This document shows positions 43,010 to 54,800 of a stretch of 64,000 nt of DNA, piece after piece (the first letter of the stretch is position 1; the number at the start of each line of letters is the position of its first letter). The notes under the pieces were generated by a model. It saw only the letters and a list, made by a program, of their open reading frames with translations, had not been told where the DNA came from and did not search any database. The position numbers were made by a program, and so were the translations under genes. Origin of the DNA: a virus; UHGV virus genome UHGV-1519562. One strand, given 5' to 3'.

Positions 43010-43981
43010 ATGGGTTTGCTTGATATTAAGCCGCATGAAGTTTCAAGAGATTTGCGAGGATACTCAGTTCTTTTCTACGGAGCGCCTAAGAGTGGTAAGA
43101 CAACAGTTGCTTCTAGATTTCCAGGCTCACTTTTATTAGCTTTCGAGAAAGGCTACAATGCATTGCCTGGTGTTTACGCCCAGCCCATTAATTCTTGGGG
43201 TGAGTTTAAGAAAACTTTGCAGGAATTAAAAAATCCTGAAGTGCAGGAAAAGTTTTCAACTATTGTAATTGATACAGCAGATATTGCTTATAGTTATTGT
43301 GAGCGTTATATCTGTAGTCGTGAAGGTGTAGATACAATTGCTGATCTTGCATACGGCAAGGGCTATGCAATGGTTGGTAATGAATTTGATGAATCTATCA
43401 GAAAGATTTTACAGCTAAATTATGGTCTTGTCCTTATTTCTCATGCCACAGACAAAGTCTTTAAGGATGAATCGGGAACAGAATTTAATCAGATTGTTCC
43501 TACTCTTGATAAGAGAGGCCGCTTGATTTGTGAAAGAACTTGTGATATTATTGGTTATTCTACTGCTGTGAATACAGAAGATGGAGTTAAAACTCGTTTG
43601 TATATGAGAGGTACTCCTAGATTTGTTGCAGGTAGTCGATTTGCTTATATTCCTGATTATATTAATTTCAGTTATGATAATCTAGTAAATGCTATTGCTG
43701 AAGCTATTGATAAGCAGTCTCAGCAAACAAATGGTCAATATATTACAGATAAACCTACACAGGTTGTTTCTAAGGATACTGAATATGATTTTGATGGTTT
43801 GATGAATGAGTTTCAGGATTTGGTTGGACAGTTGATGTCTAGCAATCAAACAAATGCAGTTAAGATTACCGCAATTACTGATAAGTATTTGGGTAAGGGT
43901 AAGAAAGTCGGCGAATGTACTCCTGATCAGTCTGAACAGTTGGATTTGATTGTACATGATTTGAAAGATTTAATGAATTAA
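43010..43981 (+). CDS. RecA-fold ATPase (AAA_24 / Sak4-like recombination protein candidate)
   Basis: Walker A GAPKSGKTT, Walker B IVIDTAD. Confidence 0.55.
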   Translation: MGLLDIKPHEVSRDLRGYSVLFYGAPKSGKTTVASRFPGSLLLAFEKGYNALPGVYAQPINSWGEFKKTLQELKNPEVQEKFSTIVIDTADIAYSYCERYICSREGVDTIADLAYGKGYAMVGNEFDESIRKILQLNYGLVLISHATDKVFKDESGTEFNQIVPTLDKRGRLICERTCDIIGYSTAVNTEDGVKTRLYMRGTPRFVAGSRFAYIPDYINFSYDNLVNAIAEAIDKQSQQTNGQYITDKPTQVVSKDTEYDFDGLMNEFQDLVGQLMSSNQTNAVKITAITDKYLGKGKKVGECTPDQSEQLDLIVHDLKDLMN

Positions 43982-43999
43982 TTATAGCAATAATAACAA

Positions 44000-44030
44000 A
44001 AGTCAAGAGGATAATCCTCTTGACTTTTGT
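44000..44030 (+). terminator. terminator-like hairpin
   Basis: stem AAGTCAAGAGGA / TCCTCTTGACTT. Confidence 0.55.
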
Positions 44031-44048
44031 TCAAATATATGTTATAAT
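44020..44048 (+). promoter_or_regulatory. sigma70-like promoter (-35 TTGACT, 17 bp, -10 TATAAT), -35 embedded in terminator stem
   Basis: read directly. Confidence 0.45.
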
Positions 44049-44601
44049 ATTAAAAAAGGAAGTGATAAAAATTGCACATAAAGTAAAATGTTTTGTGTGC
44101 GGAAGTACATTTGACCGAGACAAAGAAGAATGTATACCAATTCCTAATAAAAGAAGATATGCACATAAGTTATGTTATGAAAGATATAGTCAAAATATTG
44201 CAGAAGAAGAAAAAAACCGGATTGCTTTAGAAGAATATATTAAACAACTTTTTAATTATGATATAATTCCTAAAGTAGTTTATAAACAAATTAAAGACTA
44301 TGTAAATGAAAATCATTATACTTATTCTGGTATTTTAAAAACTTTAAAATATCATTTTGAAGTAAAAGGTGGAGATTTAGGAAAGGCTCAAGGCAGAATT
44401 GGAATTGTCCCTTATCAGTATGAAAATGCTAGAAATTATTATTATACAATTTGGGAAAATCAGCAAAGAAATGAAAATAAAGAAATAGAAAATTTTATTC
44501 TGCCTACAGAAGAAATTCATATCACTCCCCCTAAAACAAGAGAGCCAATGAGAAAAAGGAAAAGATTTTTTACTTTTTTGGAGGAAGATATGAATGAGTA
44601 A
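44020..44601 (+). CDS. zinc-finger protein; start codon uncertain (no in-frame ATG near RBS)
   Basis: CFVCG...HKLCYERY motif. Confidence 0.45.
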   Translation: MTFVQIYVIILKKEVIKIAHKVKCFVCGSTFDRDKEECIPIPNKRRYAHKLCYERYSQNIAEEEKNRIALEEYIKQLFNYDIIPKVVYKQIKDYVNENHYTYSGILKTLKYHFEVKGGDLGKAQGRIGIVPYQYENARNYYYTIWENQQRNENKEIENFILPTEEIHITPPKTREPMRKRKRFFTFLEEDMNE

Positions 44602-46123
44602 ATATATAGATTTAACAGCGGTAGCTCAAGTTATTGGTTGTGTTTTTAATGATAATTCAATTTTAGATGCACCTGATGAATTTCCTATTTTTGAAGAAGA
44701 TTTTACAGAAGAAGTTCATAAAATCATTTTTGGGTCTATGTACAATATACATGAAGCAAAATCGGCAATTACTTTAGATACTATTGTTGATTATTTGGCA
44801 GTTAGACCCAAATATGAAGCTGTGTTTAAAGCAAATGGTGGTTTAGAGTATGTAACTAAAGCCGCAGAATTAGCTACTAGAGATACTTTTAAATATTATT
44901 ATAGTCGATTAAAAAAATTTACTTTATTAAGAGCTTATGATAAATTTGGAGTAGATGTTTCTTTTTTATATGATACTAATAATATTTTAGATTTAAAAAA
45001 GAAACAAAAGCAAGAAGACTGGTTAGATTCTACTTCTCTTGTTGAAATAGCTGATATTATTGATAAACGAATTGATGATATTAAAGTTAAGTATATTGAC
45101 AATAATGTAATTGGAGGATACCAAGCAGGAGAAGGAATTTTAGAATTAATTGAAAATTTTAAAAAGAATCCTGAGGTTGGTGCTCCACTTTATGGAAGAT
45201 TGGTTAATACTGTTACTAGAGGTGCAAGACTTAGAAAATTATATCTTAGATCTGCTGCTACTGGTGCAGGTAAAACTAGAGCTTTAATTGCAGATGCTTG
45301 TAATTTTGCTTGTAATAAAATTTATGATACTAATTTTGGTATGTGGATTAAAAATGGAGCTTCTTTACCAACTTTATTTATTGGTACTGAGCAAGATAAA
45401 GAAGAAATTCAAACTATGATGCTGGCTTTTCTTTCTGCGGTAAATGAAGACCATATTCTTAGAGGTGAATACAAAGCAGGAGAAGAAGAACGAGTTATTG
45501 AAGCAGGAAAGATTTTATCTGAATCACCTATTTGGGTAGAATTATTGCCTGATTATTCTTTAATGGATGTAGAGAATACTGTTAAAAGAAATATCAGAGA
45601 ACATGATATAGCTTATGTTTGTTTCGACTACATTCAAAGTACAATGAAGATTCTTGAAGAAGTTACAAGACGAAGTGGTGGAGTAAGATTAAGAGAAGAT
45701 AATATTCTTTTTATGTTAAGTGTTAGACTTAAAGATATTTGTAATGAGTATGGTATTTTTCTTATTACTGCAACACAGCTTTCAGGTGATTTTCGCAATA
45801 CTGATACTCCTGACCAAAGTTTGTTAAGAGGTGCAAAAAGCTTAGCAGATAAGGTAGATATAGGTGAAATTATTTTGGATGTAACAGAAGAGGATTTAGA
45901 AACATTAAAGCCAATTTTATCTACAAATAATTTTCAAATTCCTGATAAAAAGATTTCAGTTTATAAAAACAGAAGAGGTTCTTACAAAGGAGTTTATTTA
46001 TGGTGTGCTTCTGATTTAGGTATTTGTAGAATTCAGCCGCAATTTGTTACAAAATGGAACTATGATTTAGTCCCTATTGAAGATATAAAAATTATTATGG
46101 AAGATGAACCTTCCGCATTTTAA
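44594..46123 (+). CDS. DnaB-like replicative helicase
   Basis: Walker A SAATGAGKT and FDYIQS segment typical of DnaB C-terminal domain. Confidence 0.65.
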   Translation: MSKYIDLTAVAQVIGCVFNDNSILDAPDEFPIFEEDFTEEVHKIIFGSMYNIHEAKSAITLDTIVDYLAVRPKYEAVFKANGGLEYVTKAAELATRDTFKYYYSRLKKFTLLRAYDKFGVDVSFLYDTNNILDLKKKQKQEDWLDSTSLVEIADIIDKRIDDIKVKYIDNNVIGGYQAGEGILELIENFKKNPEVGAPLYGRLVNTVTRGARLRKLYLRSAATGAGKTRALIADACNFACNKIYDTNFGMWIKNGASLPTLFIGTEQDKEEIQTMMLAFLSAVNEDHILRGEYKAGEEERVIEAGKILSESPIWVELLPDYSLMDVENTVKRNIREHDIAYVCFDYIQSTMKILEEVTRRSGGVRLREDNILFMLSVRLKDICNEYGIFLITATQLSGDFRNTDTPDQSLLRGAKSLADKVDIGEIILDVTEEDLETLKPILSTNNFQIPDKKISVYKNRRGSYKGVYLWCASDLGICRIQPQFVTKWNYDLVPIEDIKIIMEDEPSAF

Positions 46124-46137
46124 AAAGGAGAATATTA

Positions 46138-46344
46138 ATGACTATTTATTATGCTAACTCTCATATGCCCGCAGTGAAGAATGAAAAGAAAATTGATTAT
46201 AAAATGCCTATGTCTATGTTTGAGGGTTTATTGAAGACTCGTAACAAGGAAGAGAAGCGAATGAATCCTTATGAATATGTTACTAAAATTGTTAATAATG
46301 AATTTGGTCTGAGAGGTAAAGTTGTTAATGTAATTACATATTAA
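46138..46344 (+). CDS. hypothetical protein
   Basis: 68 aa ORF. Confidence 0.5.
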   Translation: MTIYYANSHMPAVKNEKKIDYKMPMSMFEGLLKTRNKEEKRMNPYEYVTKIVNNEFGLRGKVVNVITY

Positions 46345-46346
46345 TT

Positions 46347-47444
46347 ATGGCCGGTTATTACAATAAAGATTCTCTAAAAGAACAGCTAGATTTAGAAAAT
46401 ATTTATGATTTAGTCGCGGAACTAGGAGGAGAACCAGAATATGTAGAAACTGGACTTATTTCGCAGACTATTTGTCATAATTATCCAGGTGAAGGTTCCA
46501 GAAAATTATATTATTATCAAAATTCTCATTTGTTTAAATGTTTCACAGATTGTGATTCTACTTTTGATATTTTTGAATTAGTAATTAAAGCTATGAAAAT
46601 TCAAAAAGGTTATGAATGGGAATTATATGATGCAATGGTTTATGTTGCTAGTTATTTTGGTTTGGGAGAAGCGGAACGCCCAAACCAAAATAACAATTCT
46701 GAGCAATGGGTAGTTTTTAAAAGACATGATTTTTCATTGCCTTCTTTAAAACAAAATCCAATTTTAAAAGAATATAATCCAAAAATTTTAGAGAATTTTT
46801 CTTATCCAAGAATTTTTGATTGGGAACAAGAAGGAATTTCACATCAAATTAATTTAAAAAATTTAATTGGTTATTTTCCAGCAGGAGAACAAATAACAAT
46901 TCCGCATTTCGATATAAATAATAGATTAATTGGAATTAGAGGTAGAGCTTTAATTCAAGAAAATGCAGAGAGATTTGGTAAATACAGACCTCTGCAAATT
47001 AATAATATTATATATAGTCATCCTTTAAGTATGAATTTATATAATTTAAACAATAGTAAAGAAAATATTAAAGCTAGTAAGACCGCAATTATTTTTGAAT
47101 CTGAAAAAAGCACTCTTCAATTACAAACTTTTTATGGCTTTGAAAATAATATTTCAGTAGCATGTTGCGGTAGTAATATTTCAAGCTACCAAATATATTT
47201 ATTAGAAAAATTAGGGGTAAAGGAAATTATCATTGCTTTTGATAGACAGTTTAAAGAAATAGGTGATAATGAATTTCAAAGATTAAAAAATAAATTAATT
47301 AATTTAAATAGAAAATATGGAAATTTAATTCAGATAACAGCAATTTTTGATAAAAATATGATTACTCCTTATAAATCTAGTCCAAGTGATATGGGGAGGG
47401 AAATATTTGAAAAATTATTATCTGAAAGAATTATTCCAAAATAA
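46347..47444 (+). CDS. DnaG-like primase (zinc-binding plus Toprim)
   Basis: CHNYPG...KCFTDCDS zinc motif; Toprim-like IIFESEKS and IIAFDRQ. Confidence 0.6.
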   Translation: MAGYYNKDSLKEQLDLENIYDLVAELGGEPEYVETGLISQTICHNYPGEGSRKLYYYQNSHLFKCFTDCDSTFDIFELVIKAMKIQKGYEWELYDAMVYVASYFGLGEAERPNQNNNSEQWVVFKRHDFSLPSLKQNPILKEYNPKILENFSYPRIFDWEQEGISHQINLKNLIGYFPAGEQITIPHFDINNRLIGIRGRALIQENAERFGKYRPLQINNIIYSHPLSMNLYNLNNSKENIKASKTAIIFESEKSTLQLQTFYGFENNISVACCGSNISSYQIYLLEKLGVKEIIIAFDRQFKEIGDNEFQRLKNKLINLNRKYGNLIQITAIFDKNMITPYKSSPSDMGREIFEKLLSERIIPK

Positions 47445-47481
47445 AATAGTGGTGATCTCCGCATGAAAGGAGATTAACACT

Positions 47482-49218
47482 ATGAACTATAAATTAATTA
47501 ATCCTATTGATTCAAATAAATCAATAGTGGAACAAATTTTAAACAACAGAGGGATTCAAGATATACAAACCTATTTGAATCCAAATGATTCTGTTATTTA
47601 TAATCCAAATTTAATAAATAATATGCAGCAAGGAGTAGAAATGCTTTTTCGTCACTTAGGAAAAGATTTAATTTATTTAATTGTAGATGATGATGATGAT
47701 GGATTTACTTCTGCTGCTATTTTTTTAAATTATTTATATAAAATTGTTCCATCAATAGTAGAAGCAAATATTATTTATGATTTTCACCCGCATAAAGCTC
47801 ATGGTATTTGGCTAGACCAAATTCCGCAAGAAACTAAATTGGTTATAGCTTTAGATTCTAGCAGTAATGAGTATGATATACATGAACAATTATCCAATAA
47901 AGGAATTGATGTTTTAGTAATTGACCACCATAAAGCAGATAAAGTTAGTCCTTTTGCTTGTGTGATAAATAATCAACTTTGCGATTATCCAACTAAATCA
48001 TTATCTGGCGCAGGTATGGTCTATAAATTTTGTAAATATATTGATAATTTACTTAATTTAAATTACGCAGATGATTTTCTTGATTTAGTATCTCTTGGTT
48101 TGACAGGAGATGTTATGAGTTTAAGAGATTTAGAAACATCTTATTTAACTAGAAAAGGATTAGAAAATATTCAAAATCCTTTTATGCGAGAGATGGTAGA
48201 AAAAAATAGTTATCAATTAGGTACTGATATTACATCCATAGGAGTTGCTTTTTATATTGTACCTTATATTAATGCGGTTGCTAGATTGGGGACAAAAGAA
48301 GAAAAGAAAATATTATTTGAAGCAATGCTTGATTGGAAAGCTTTAAATCAAATTCCTTCTACTAAACGAGGATGCAAAGGACAAATGGAAGCAATTGTTA
48401 CTCAGGCAGCTAGAATGAGTAATAATATTAAAAATCGTCAAAATAAAATTAGAGATGAAAACATTGAGATTATTAGTAATCAAATTGAAGAAAAAGATTT
48501 ATTAAAAAATAAAATTTTAATAATTCAATCAACTCCAGAAGAACCGATTAATAGATCTATTTCTGGATTAATCGCAAATCGGCTAGTTTCAGAGTATCAG
48601 CGTCCTGTTATTATTTTAAATGAATATAATATAGACAATGAAATAACTTGGGAAGGTTCCGCAAGAGGATACGAAAAATCTCAGTTAAAAGATTTACAAA
48701 CTTTTGAACAAAAATCTAATTTAATTAATTGGGCGCAAGGACACGCTAATGCTCATGGTCTATCTATTTCAGATGAAAATTTATCGAAATTTATAGATTA
48801 TTGCAATCAAGAATTAAAAAATGTGGAATTTACTCCTGATTATAGAGTAGATTTTATATGGCAATATTCTGATATTTTGGCTAAAAATATTTTAGATATT
48901 GGTAATTTAAAACATCTTTGGGGAAAAGACGTAGAAGAAGCTTTGATAGTTATAAAAGGAATTCGAGTAACTGCAAATAATCTTCATCTTATGGCGAAAG
49001 ATAGAAATCCTACATTAAAAATTGATTTAAAAGATAATATAAAAGCAATTAAGTTTAAATCAGGAGAAGAAGAATATAATAACTTATATACTAAACAAGG
49101 TTGTGTAATTATTGATATTCTTTGTAAATGTGAGATAAATGAATATTGCGGGAACATTAATCCGCAATTAATTATTCAAGATTATGAAATTGTATCTCAC
49201 CAAGATTATTTCTTTTGA
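47482..49218 (+). CDS. DHH-family phosphoesterase (RecJ-like exonuclease candidate)
   Basis: DDDDDG and VIDHHK motifs. Confidence 0.65.
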   Translation: MNYKLINPIDSNKSIVEQILNNRGIQDIQTYLNPNDSVIYNPNLINNMQQGVEMLFRHLGKDLIYLIVDDDDDGFTSAAIFLNYLYKIVPSIVEANIIYDFHPHKAHGIWLDQIPQETKLVIALDSSSNEYDIHEQLSNKGIDVLVIDHHKADKVSPFACVINNQLCDYPTKSLSGAGMVYKFCKYIDNLLNLNYADDFLDLVSLGLTGDVMSLRDLETSYLTRKGLENIQNPFMREMVEKNSYQLGTDITSIGVAFYIVPYINAVARLGTKEEKKILFEAMLDWKALNQIPSTKRGCKGQMEAIVTQAARMSNNIKNRQNKIRDENIEIISNQIEEKDLLKNKILIIQSTPEEPINRSISGLIANRLVSEYQRPVIILNEYNIDNEITWEGSARGYEKSQLKDLQTFEQKSNLINWAQGHANAHGLSISDENLSKFIDYCNQELKNVEFTPDYRVDFIWQYSDILAKNILDIGNLKHLWGKDVEEALIVIKGIRVTANNLHLMAKDRNPTLKIDLKDNIKAIKFKSGEEEYNNLYTKQGCVIIDILCKCEINEYCGNINPQLIIQDYEIVSHQDYFF

Positions 49219-49221
49219 TTT

Positions 49222-49290
49222 TTGAAAGTTTTAGCTGGAAGCTCATCGGCGCGGAGACGATGAATTAAAATGGAGTTTAGTAATTTTTAG
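49222..49290 (+). promoter_or_regulatory. conserved GC-rich element plus mini-ORF (MEFSNF), copy 3, upstream of helicase operon
   Basis: TTTGAAAGTTTTAGCTGGAAGCTCATCGGCGCGGAGACGATGAATTAAAATGGAGTTTAGTAATTTTT. Confidence 0.45.
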
Positions 49291-49312
49291 AGTAAATAGG
49301 AGAAAAATTAAA

Positions 49313-49549
49313 ATGGATGATATTTATAAGTTGCAGGAAGTTTTTGAAGAAAAAGATATGAAAATTAAAGAATATGTTTTTGACAGTTTGTGTTTAAGAT
49401 ATAAATACGCAAGAATGATGTTAGCTGTTTATGAAGTTAAAAATGGCCAGGAATTTGAAACACGAATGAATTTAGCGAGAAGAGATTGTTTACGTTTCTT
49501 TGATATTCTTAGAGAAAACCTTTTGGAGGATAAAAATGACTCTAACTGA
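49313..49549 (+). CDS. hypothetical protein
   Basis: 78 aa ORF behind GC-rich conserved element. Confidence 0.5.
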   Translation: MDDIYKLQEVFEEKDMKIKEYVFDSLCLRYKYARMMLAVYEVKNGQEFETRMNLARRDCLRFFDILRENLLEDKNDSN

Positions 49550-51779
49550 TAAACAATACCAAGGATTGCAGATTGCAGTACAAAGATATAGATCTAAAGA
49601 ACCATATACTGTAGTTTCGGGATACGCTGGAACAGGAAAAGCTCAACCCATAGATACTCTTGTTCCCACTCCTACTGGATGGAGAAAATTGGGTGAACTT
49701 AAAATTGGCGATTATGTTTATGATAGAACAGGACAACCCACAAAAATTTTAGGTGTTTTTCCACAGGGCAAAAAACAAGTTTATACTATTTGTTTAAAAG
49801 ATGGTAGAAAAAGTAAATGTGCAGGAGATCACCTATGGACAGTTTTAAATAAGAAAAATCAAGAGCAAACATTAACTACAGAAGAACTTTTAAAAAAAGG
49901 GCTAACTAATAGTGCGGGATTTAAATACGCAGTGCCAAATAATTCTCCTGTTGAGTATCCTCAAATTAATTATTCTATTGATCCATATGTTATTGGAGCT
50001 TTTTTGGGAGACGGATGTTGTAAACAAAGGCAATTAACTCTTTCTTCTGAAAATGAAGAGATACCAAATATAGTAAAAAAATTAATTGGAGCAAAAGAAG
50101 TATGCAGAAATTCTTCACAAAATTATAATTGGACTTTTACTTTTGAAGAGCCTGTAACCAATATTGATAATCCAGCTTATTCTATTTTAAAATTTCAAAC
50201 GAATACTTTTTTTGTAGATTACCAAAAAGAACTTTGTTGCGCAGCTCAAGAAAAAAGTATCCCTGATATTTATAAAAGAGGTTCTATCCAACAACGATTA
50301 GATTTACTTCAAGGGTTATTTGATACAGATGGTTCAATCATTGATAGTGAAAAACGATTTAATGTTCGTTTTACTTCAACCAGTTATCATTTAATTTTAG
50401 ATGTACAAGAAGTTCTTTGGTCTTTAGGTTATAGTTCAACTATTATAAAGGATAAAAGAAGTGAAAAATATACAACTGGTATTTGTTATAATTTAAATGT
50501 TAATATTCCTAATGAAGAAAAATTTAAACTTTTTAGATTACAAAGAAAAAAAGAAATTGCTTATGAAGCTCAAAATTATATTAAACATAAAAATTATACA
50601 AAAAATTCTATCGTAGATATTTTTAAAGAATCACATGAAACAGAAATGGTTTGCATTTATGTTGACAACTCAGAACATTTGTATTTAACAAATGATTATA
50701 TTGTTACTCATAATACAACTTTAGTTAATTTTATTATTGATGCTCTAAATTTAGACAAAGAAAATGATGTAGCTTTTATTGCTTATACAGGTAAAGCCGC
50801 TAAAGTTTTAAAATCAAAAGGTAATAAAAATGCAATGACTGCTCATAAGTTACTTTATAAAGCTGTAAAAAATCCTAATGGAACATATAGATTTTATCCT
50901 AAATTGACTATTGATGATTATAAACTTATTGTGGTGGATGAAGTTTCCATGTTACCTAAAAAAATGTGGGAACTTCTTCTCTCCCATCATATTCCTGTTC
51001 TAGCAACTGGCGACCCCGGCCAATTACCTGCTTTAACAGAAGGAACAGATATTCTAAATAATCCACATGTTTTTCTTGATGAGATTATGCGACAAGCGCA
51101 AGAAAGTGAAATTATTAGATTAAGCATGGATATTAGAAATGGAAAACTTATTAAACCTTTTAAAGGAAAAGAGGTAAATGTAGTTTGTGCTTCTAATTTA
51201 AATCAAGGTATGTTAGCTTGGGCAGATCAGATTATTTGTGCTAAAAATGACACTAGATATTACTTAAATGATGTTTGTCGTAAATTATTCTGGGGTGTTG
51301 ATTCTGGCGCTCTTCCTGTTGTTGGAGATAAAATTATTTGTCTGCATAATGATTGGAAAAAGTTAAATTCTTTAGAAGATCCACTCATTAATGGTGCAAT
51401 TGGAACTATTAAAAATTATAAAGTTTTATATGATAAAAATTTAAAAGATAATATTCTTAAATTAGATTTTATGCCAGAAGAATACGATGATGAAAATTTT
51501 TTAGGGTTATTTTCTATGAATAATGTAGATTATAATCAATTAGTAAATCATACCCCAAGTGTTACTCAAGATAATTATTATCTTTTACCTAAGAATTATA
51601 AGCTTCAAAGTTTTGATTATGGTTATGCAATTACTTGCTGGAAAGCACAAGGCAGCGAATATCAAAAGGTATTGGGTATTGAAGAAAACTTTCCTTTTAA
51701 ACAAGAGGAGCATAAAAGATATTTATATACTTTAGTGACTCGTGCATCTGAAAAACTTACTCTTGTTTTAAAAAATTAA
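49536..51779 (+). CDS. Dda/RecD-like SF1 helicase interrupted by an intein in the Walker A motif
   Basis: GYAGTGK | intein | TTLVNF restores GTGKTT; downstream VVDEVSM and GDPGQLP. Confidence 0.75.
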   Translation: MTLTDKQYQGLQIAVQRYRSKEPYTVVSGYAGTGKAQPIDTLVPTPTGWRKLGELKIGDYVYDRTGQPTKILGVFPQGKKQVYTICLKDGRKSKCAGDHLWTVLNKKNQEQTLTTEELLKKGLTNSAGFKYAVPNNSPVEYPQINYSIDPYVIGAFLGDGCCKQRQLTLSSENEEIPNIVKKLIGAKEVCRNSSQNYNWTFTFEEPVTNIDNPAYSILKFQTNTFFVDYQKELCCAAQEKSIPDIYKRGSIQQRLDLLQGLFDTDGSIIDSEKRFNVRFTSTSYHLILDVQEVLWSLGYSSTIIKDKRSEKYTTGICYNLNVNIPNEEKFKLFRLQRKKEIAYEAQNYIKHKNYTKNSIVDIFKESHETEMVCIYVDNSEHLYLTNDYIVTHNTTLVNFIIDALNLDKENDVAFIAYTGKAAKVLKSKGNKNAMTAHKLLYKAVKNPNGTYRFYPKLTIDDYKLIVVDEVSMLPKKMWELLLSHHIPVLATGDPGQLPALTEGTDILNNPHVFLDEIMRQAQESEIIRLSMDIRNGKLIKPFKGKEVNVVCASNLNQGMLAWADQIICAKNDTRYYLNDVCRKLFWGVDSGALPVVGDKIICLHNDWKKLNSLEDPLINGAIGTIKNYKVLYDKNLKDNILKLDFMPEEYDDENFLGLFSMNNVDYNQLVNHTPSVTQDNYYLLPKNYKLQSFDYGYAITCWKAQGSEYQKVLGIEENFPFKQEEHKRYLYTLVTRASEKLTLVLKN
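49641..50714 (+). mobile_element. intein (358 aa) with LAGLIDADG homing-endonuclease domain
   Basis: starts with Ala after GTGK, ends IVTHN followed by Thr; LAGLIDADG-type motifs IGAFLGDGC and LLQGLFDTDGSI. Confidence 0.7.
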
Positions 51780-51820
51780 AAAAATATGTTATAATATAAT
51801 AAGAAAGGTGTGATAATCTG

Positions 51821-54800
51821 TTGAAATTCCCAGGTAGTGTACATAATCACTCGGAGTTCAGTAATATTCGTCTGCGCGATTGTATCATAAAAGTAGAAAA
51901 TTTAATTGATACAGCTGTTTCTTTGGGGCATAAAGTATTAGCTATTACTGACCATGATTGTTTATCAGGACATTTATCTGCCTTATCTTATTATGAAAAG
52001 ATTAAAAAAGATAATCCTGATTTTAAACTAATTTTAGGTAATGAGATTTATCTTTGTCGAAATGGATTAAATCAAGATAATTTTATCTCAGGAGAAGATA
52101 GTTATTATCATTTTATTTTATTGGCAAAAGATAAAGAAGGCCATAAACAACTTAGAGAAATTTCTACACGGGCATGGCTAAGAAGTTATAAAACAGGTAA
52201 AATGCGAAGAGTTCCTACTTATTATCAAGATTTAATTGATATTATTGATAATAATAAGGGTCATCTTATTGCATCAAGCGCTTGTTTGGGCGGTTTTCTA
52301 TCTTCAGAATGTTTAAAGTTAGCCGAAAACCCAGATGAAGAAAGAAAAAATCATCTTATTAAATGGTGTAAATCAATGGTAAAATTATTTGGAGAAGGTA
52401 ATTTTTATATTGAATTGCAGCCACCTGAGAAAAAAGATAATGAACAATATTTAGCCAATCAGCAGTTACTAAAAATTGCAAAAGAATTAAATATTCCTTG
52501 GATTGTAACTACAGATTCACATTATGCTCGATTAGAAGATCGACCGATTCATAAAGCTTATCTTAATTCTCAAGATGGTGAGAGAGAAGTTGATGCTTTT
52601 TATGCTACAACTTATATGATGACGACAGAAGAGCTTGAATCTTATTTTGATTTTTCTCTTGATGAAGCATATAAAAATATTGATTATATTGCTTCGCAGT
52701 GTGAAGATTATGATTTGCGAAAGTCTCTAAAAATTCCACAATTACCTTGGAAAACTTTTAATCCAAAAAGTAATTTATATGATTGGATAAATGATATTCC
52801 TCTTTTGAAGGAATTTATTGAATCTGATTATATTGGCGATGTAGAATTAGCTAAAGCTATTGTTGAACGATTAGAAAAAGATGAAACTTTAAGAAATCAA
52901 AAAACTTATGAAGCAATTAATGATTGTTTAGATAAAACTTGGGAATCATCAATAGTAAATAAAACTCATTGGAGTGCCTATTATTTAAATCTTCAAAAAA
53001 TTATTGATTGCTGTTGGGAAGCTGGCAGTTTAGTAGGGCCTGGTCGTGGTTCAGGCGTTGGTTTTATTTTGTTATATCTTTTAGATATAACGCAAATTAA
53101 TCCTTTGCGAGAAACTGTTCAAACTTTTAGTTGGAGATTTCTTAATCCTAGTCGAGTTTCTGTTTTGGATGTGGATGTAGATATTGAAGGATCTAAAAGA
53201 GCGCAAGTTCTTTCTCACCTAAGAGAAGTTTATGGTGAAGATAGAGTTGCGAATGTTATTACTTTTGGTAAAGAAACTTCTAAGAGTGCTATTTTAACAG
53301 CTTGTAGAGGTTTAGGCATTGATGTAGATGAAGCTCAATATATTGCATCTCTTATTCCCGCAGATAGAGGATTAATTCGCACTTTATCTCAATGTTATTA
53401 TGGTGATAAGGAAAATGGTTATCCTGTTATTAGACCTTTTGTTGATAAAATGAAAGAATATCCTGAATTGTGGGATGTAGCTCATAAAATTGAAGGTTTG
53501 ATTTGTCGTTCTGGTATTCATGCAGGCGGAGTTATTTTTGTGGATGAACCTTTTACTGAGTCTGCTTCTTTAATGCGTGCTCCTGATGGAACAATAGTAA
53601 CAGGTTATGATCTACATCGAGCTGAAGATGTAAGTCTTATTAAATACGATTTATTATCCGTTGAAGCTATGGATAAAATGCACAATTGTCTTGATCTTTT
53701 GCTCGCAGCAAATAAAATTCAAGATAAAGGTTCTTTAAGAGAAACTTATGAAGAAATTTTAGGTGTATATAACATTGAGCGCAATGATTCTGAAATGTGG
53801 AAAATGGTTAATAACCATGAAATTCAATCTTTATTCCAAATGGAAAAACAAAGTGGAATACAAGGCATTGCATTAACTCATCCTAAATCAGTTGAGGATT
53901 TAGCCCACTTAAATTCAATTATTCGATTAATGGCTCAAGAAAAAGGTGGAGAACAACCTTTAAATAAATATGCTCGCTTTAAAGCAAATATTAATCTATG
54001 GTATCAAGAAATGAAAAACTATGGATTAACTCAACAAGAGCAAGAATTACTTAAACCATATCTTTCTGGTAGTTATGGTATATGTGAGAGTCAGGAAGGA
54101 TTTATGCAGTTAGTTCAAATTCCAGAGTGCGGTGGTTTTGATTTAACTTTTGCCGATAGTTTGCGGAAAGCTATTGCAAAGAAAAATCCTGCTGCATATG
54201 ATGAACTTACCAAAAAATATTTTACAGAAGTAAAAGAAAAAAGTTTAAGTCAAAATCTTTGTAATTATGTTTGGAATGTGTTAGTTGCAACCAGTCGAGG
54301 ATACGGGTTTAATCTATCTCATACACTTGCCTACTCTATCATTGCTGTTCAAGAAATGAATTTAGCTTTTAAATTTCCTATTGTTTATTGGAATTGTGCT
54401 TGTCTTATTAATGATGCAGGTGGAGAAGATGGAAGCACTGATTATAATAAAATTGCTACTGCTTTAGGAAAAATGCAAAAAGCAAATATTAAAATTTCTC
54501 TTGTAGATATTAATAATTCACAATATAATTTTGTTCCTGATGAAAAACAGAATTTAATTTGGATGGGTTTAAAAAGTTTGCTTAATGTTGGAGATGATTT
54601 AATTAAAGATATTATTGCTAAACGTCCTTATAATTCTATGCTAGATTTTTACAATCGAGTTAGACCTAATAAACAAGCAATGATTACTTTGATTAAAGGT
54701 GGCGCTTTTGATAATTTATCTCCTAGGTATGACACAATGATTACTTATTTGTGGCTTACCTGTGATAAAAAATCAAGATTAACTTTACAGAATCTCCCAG

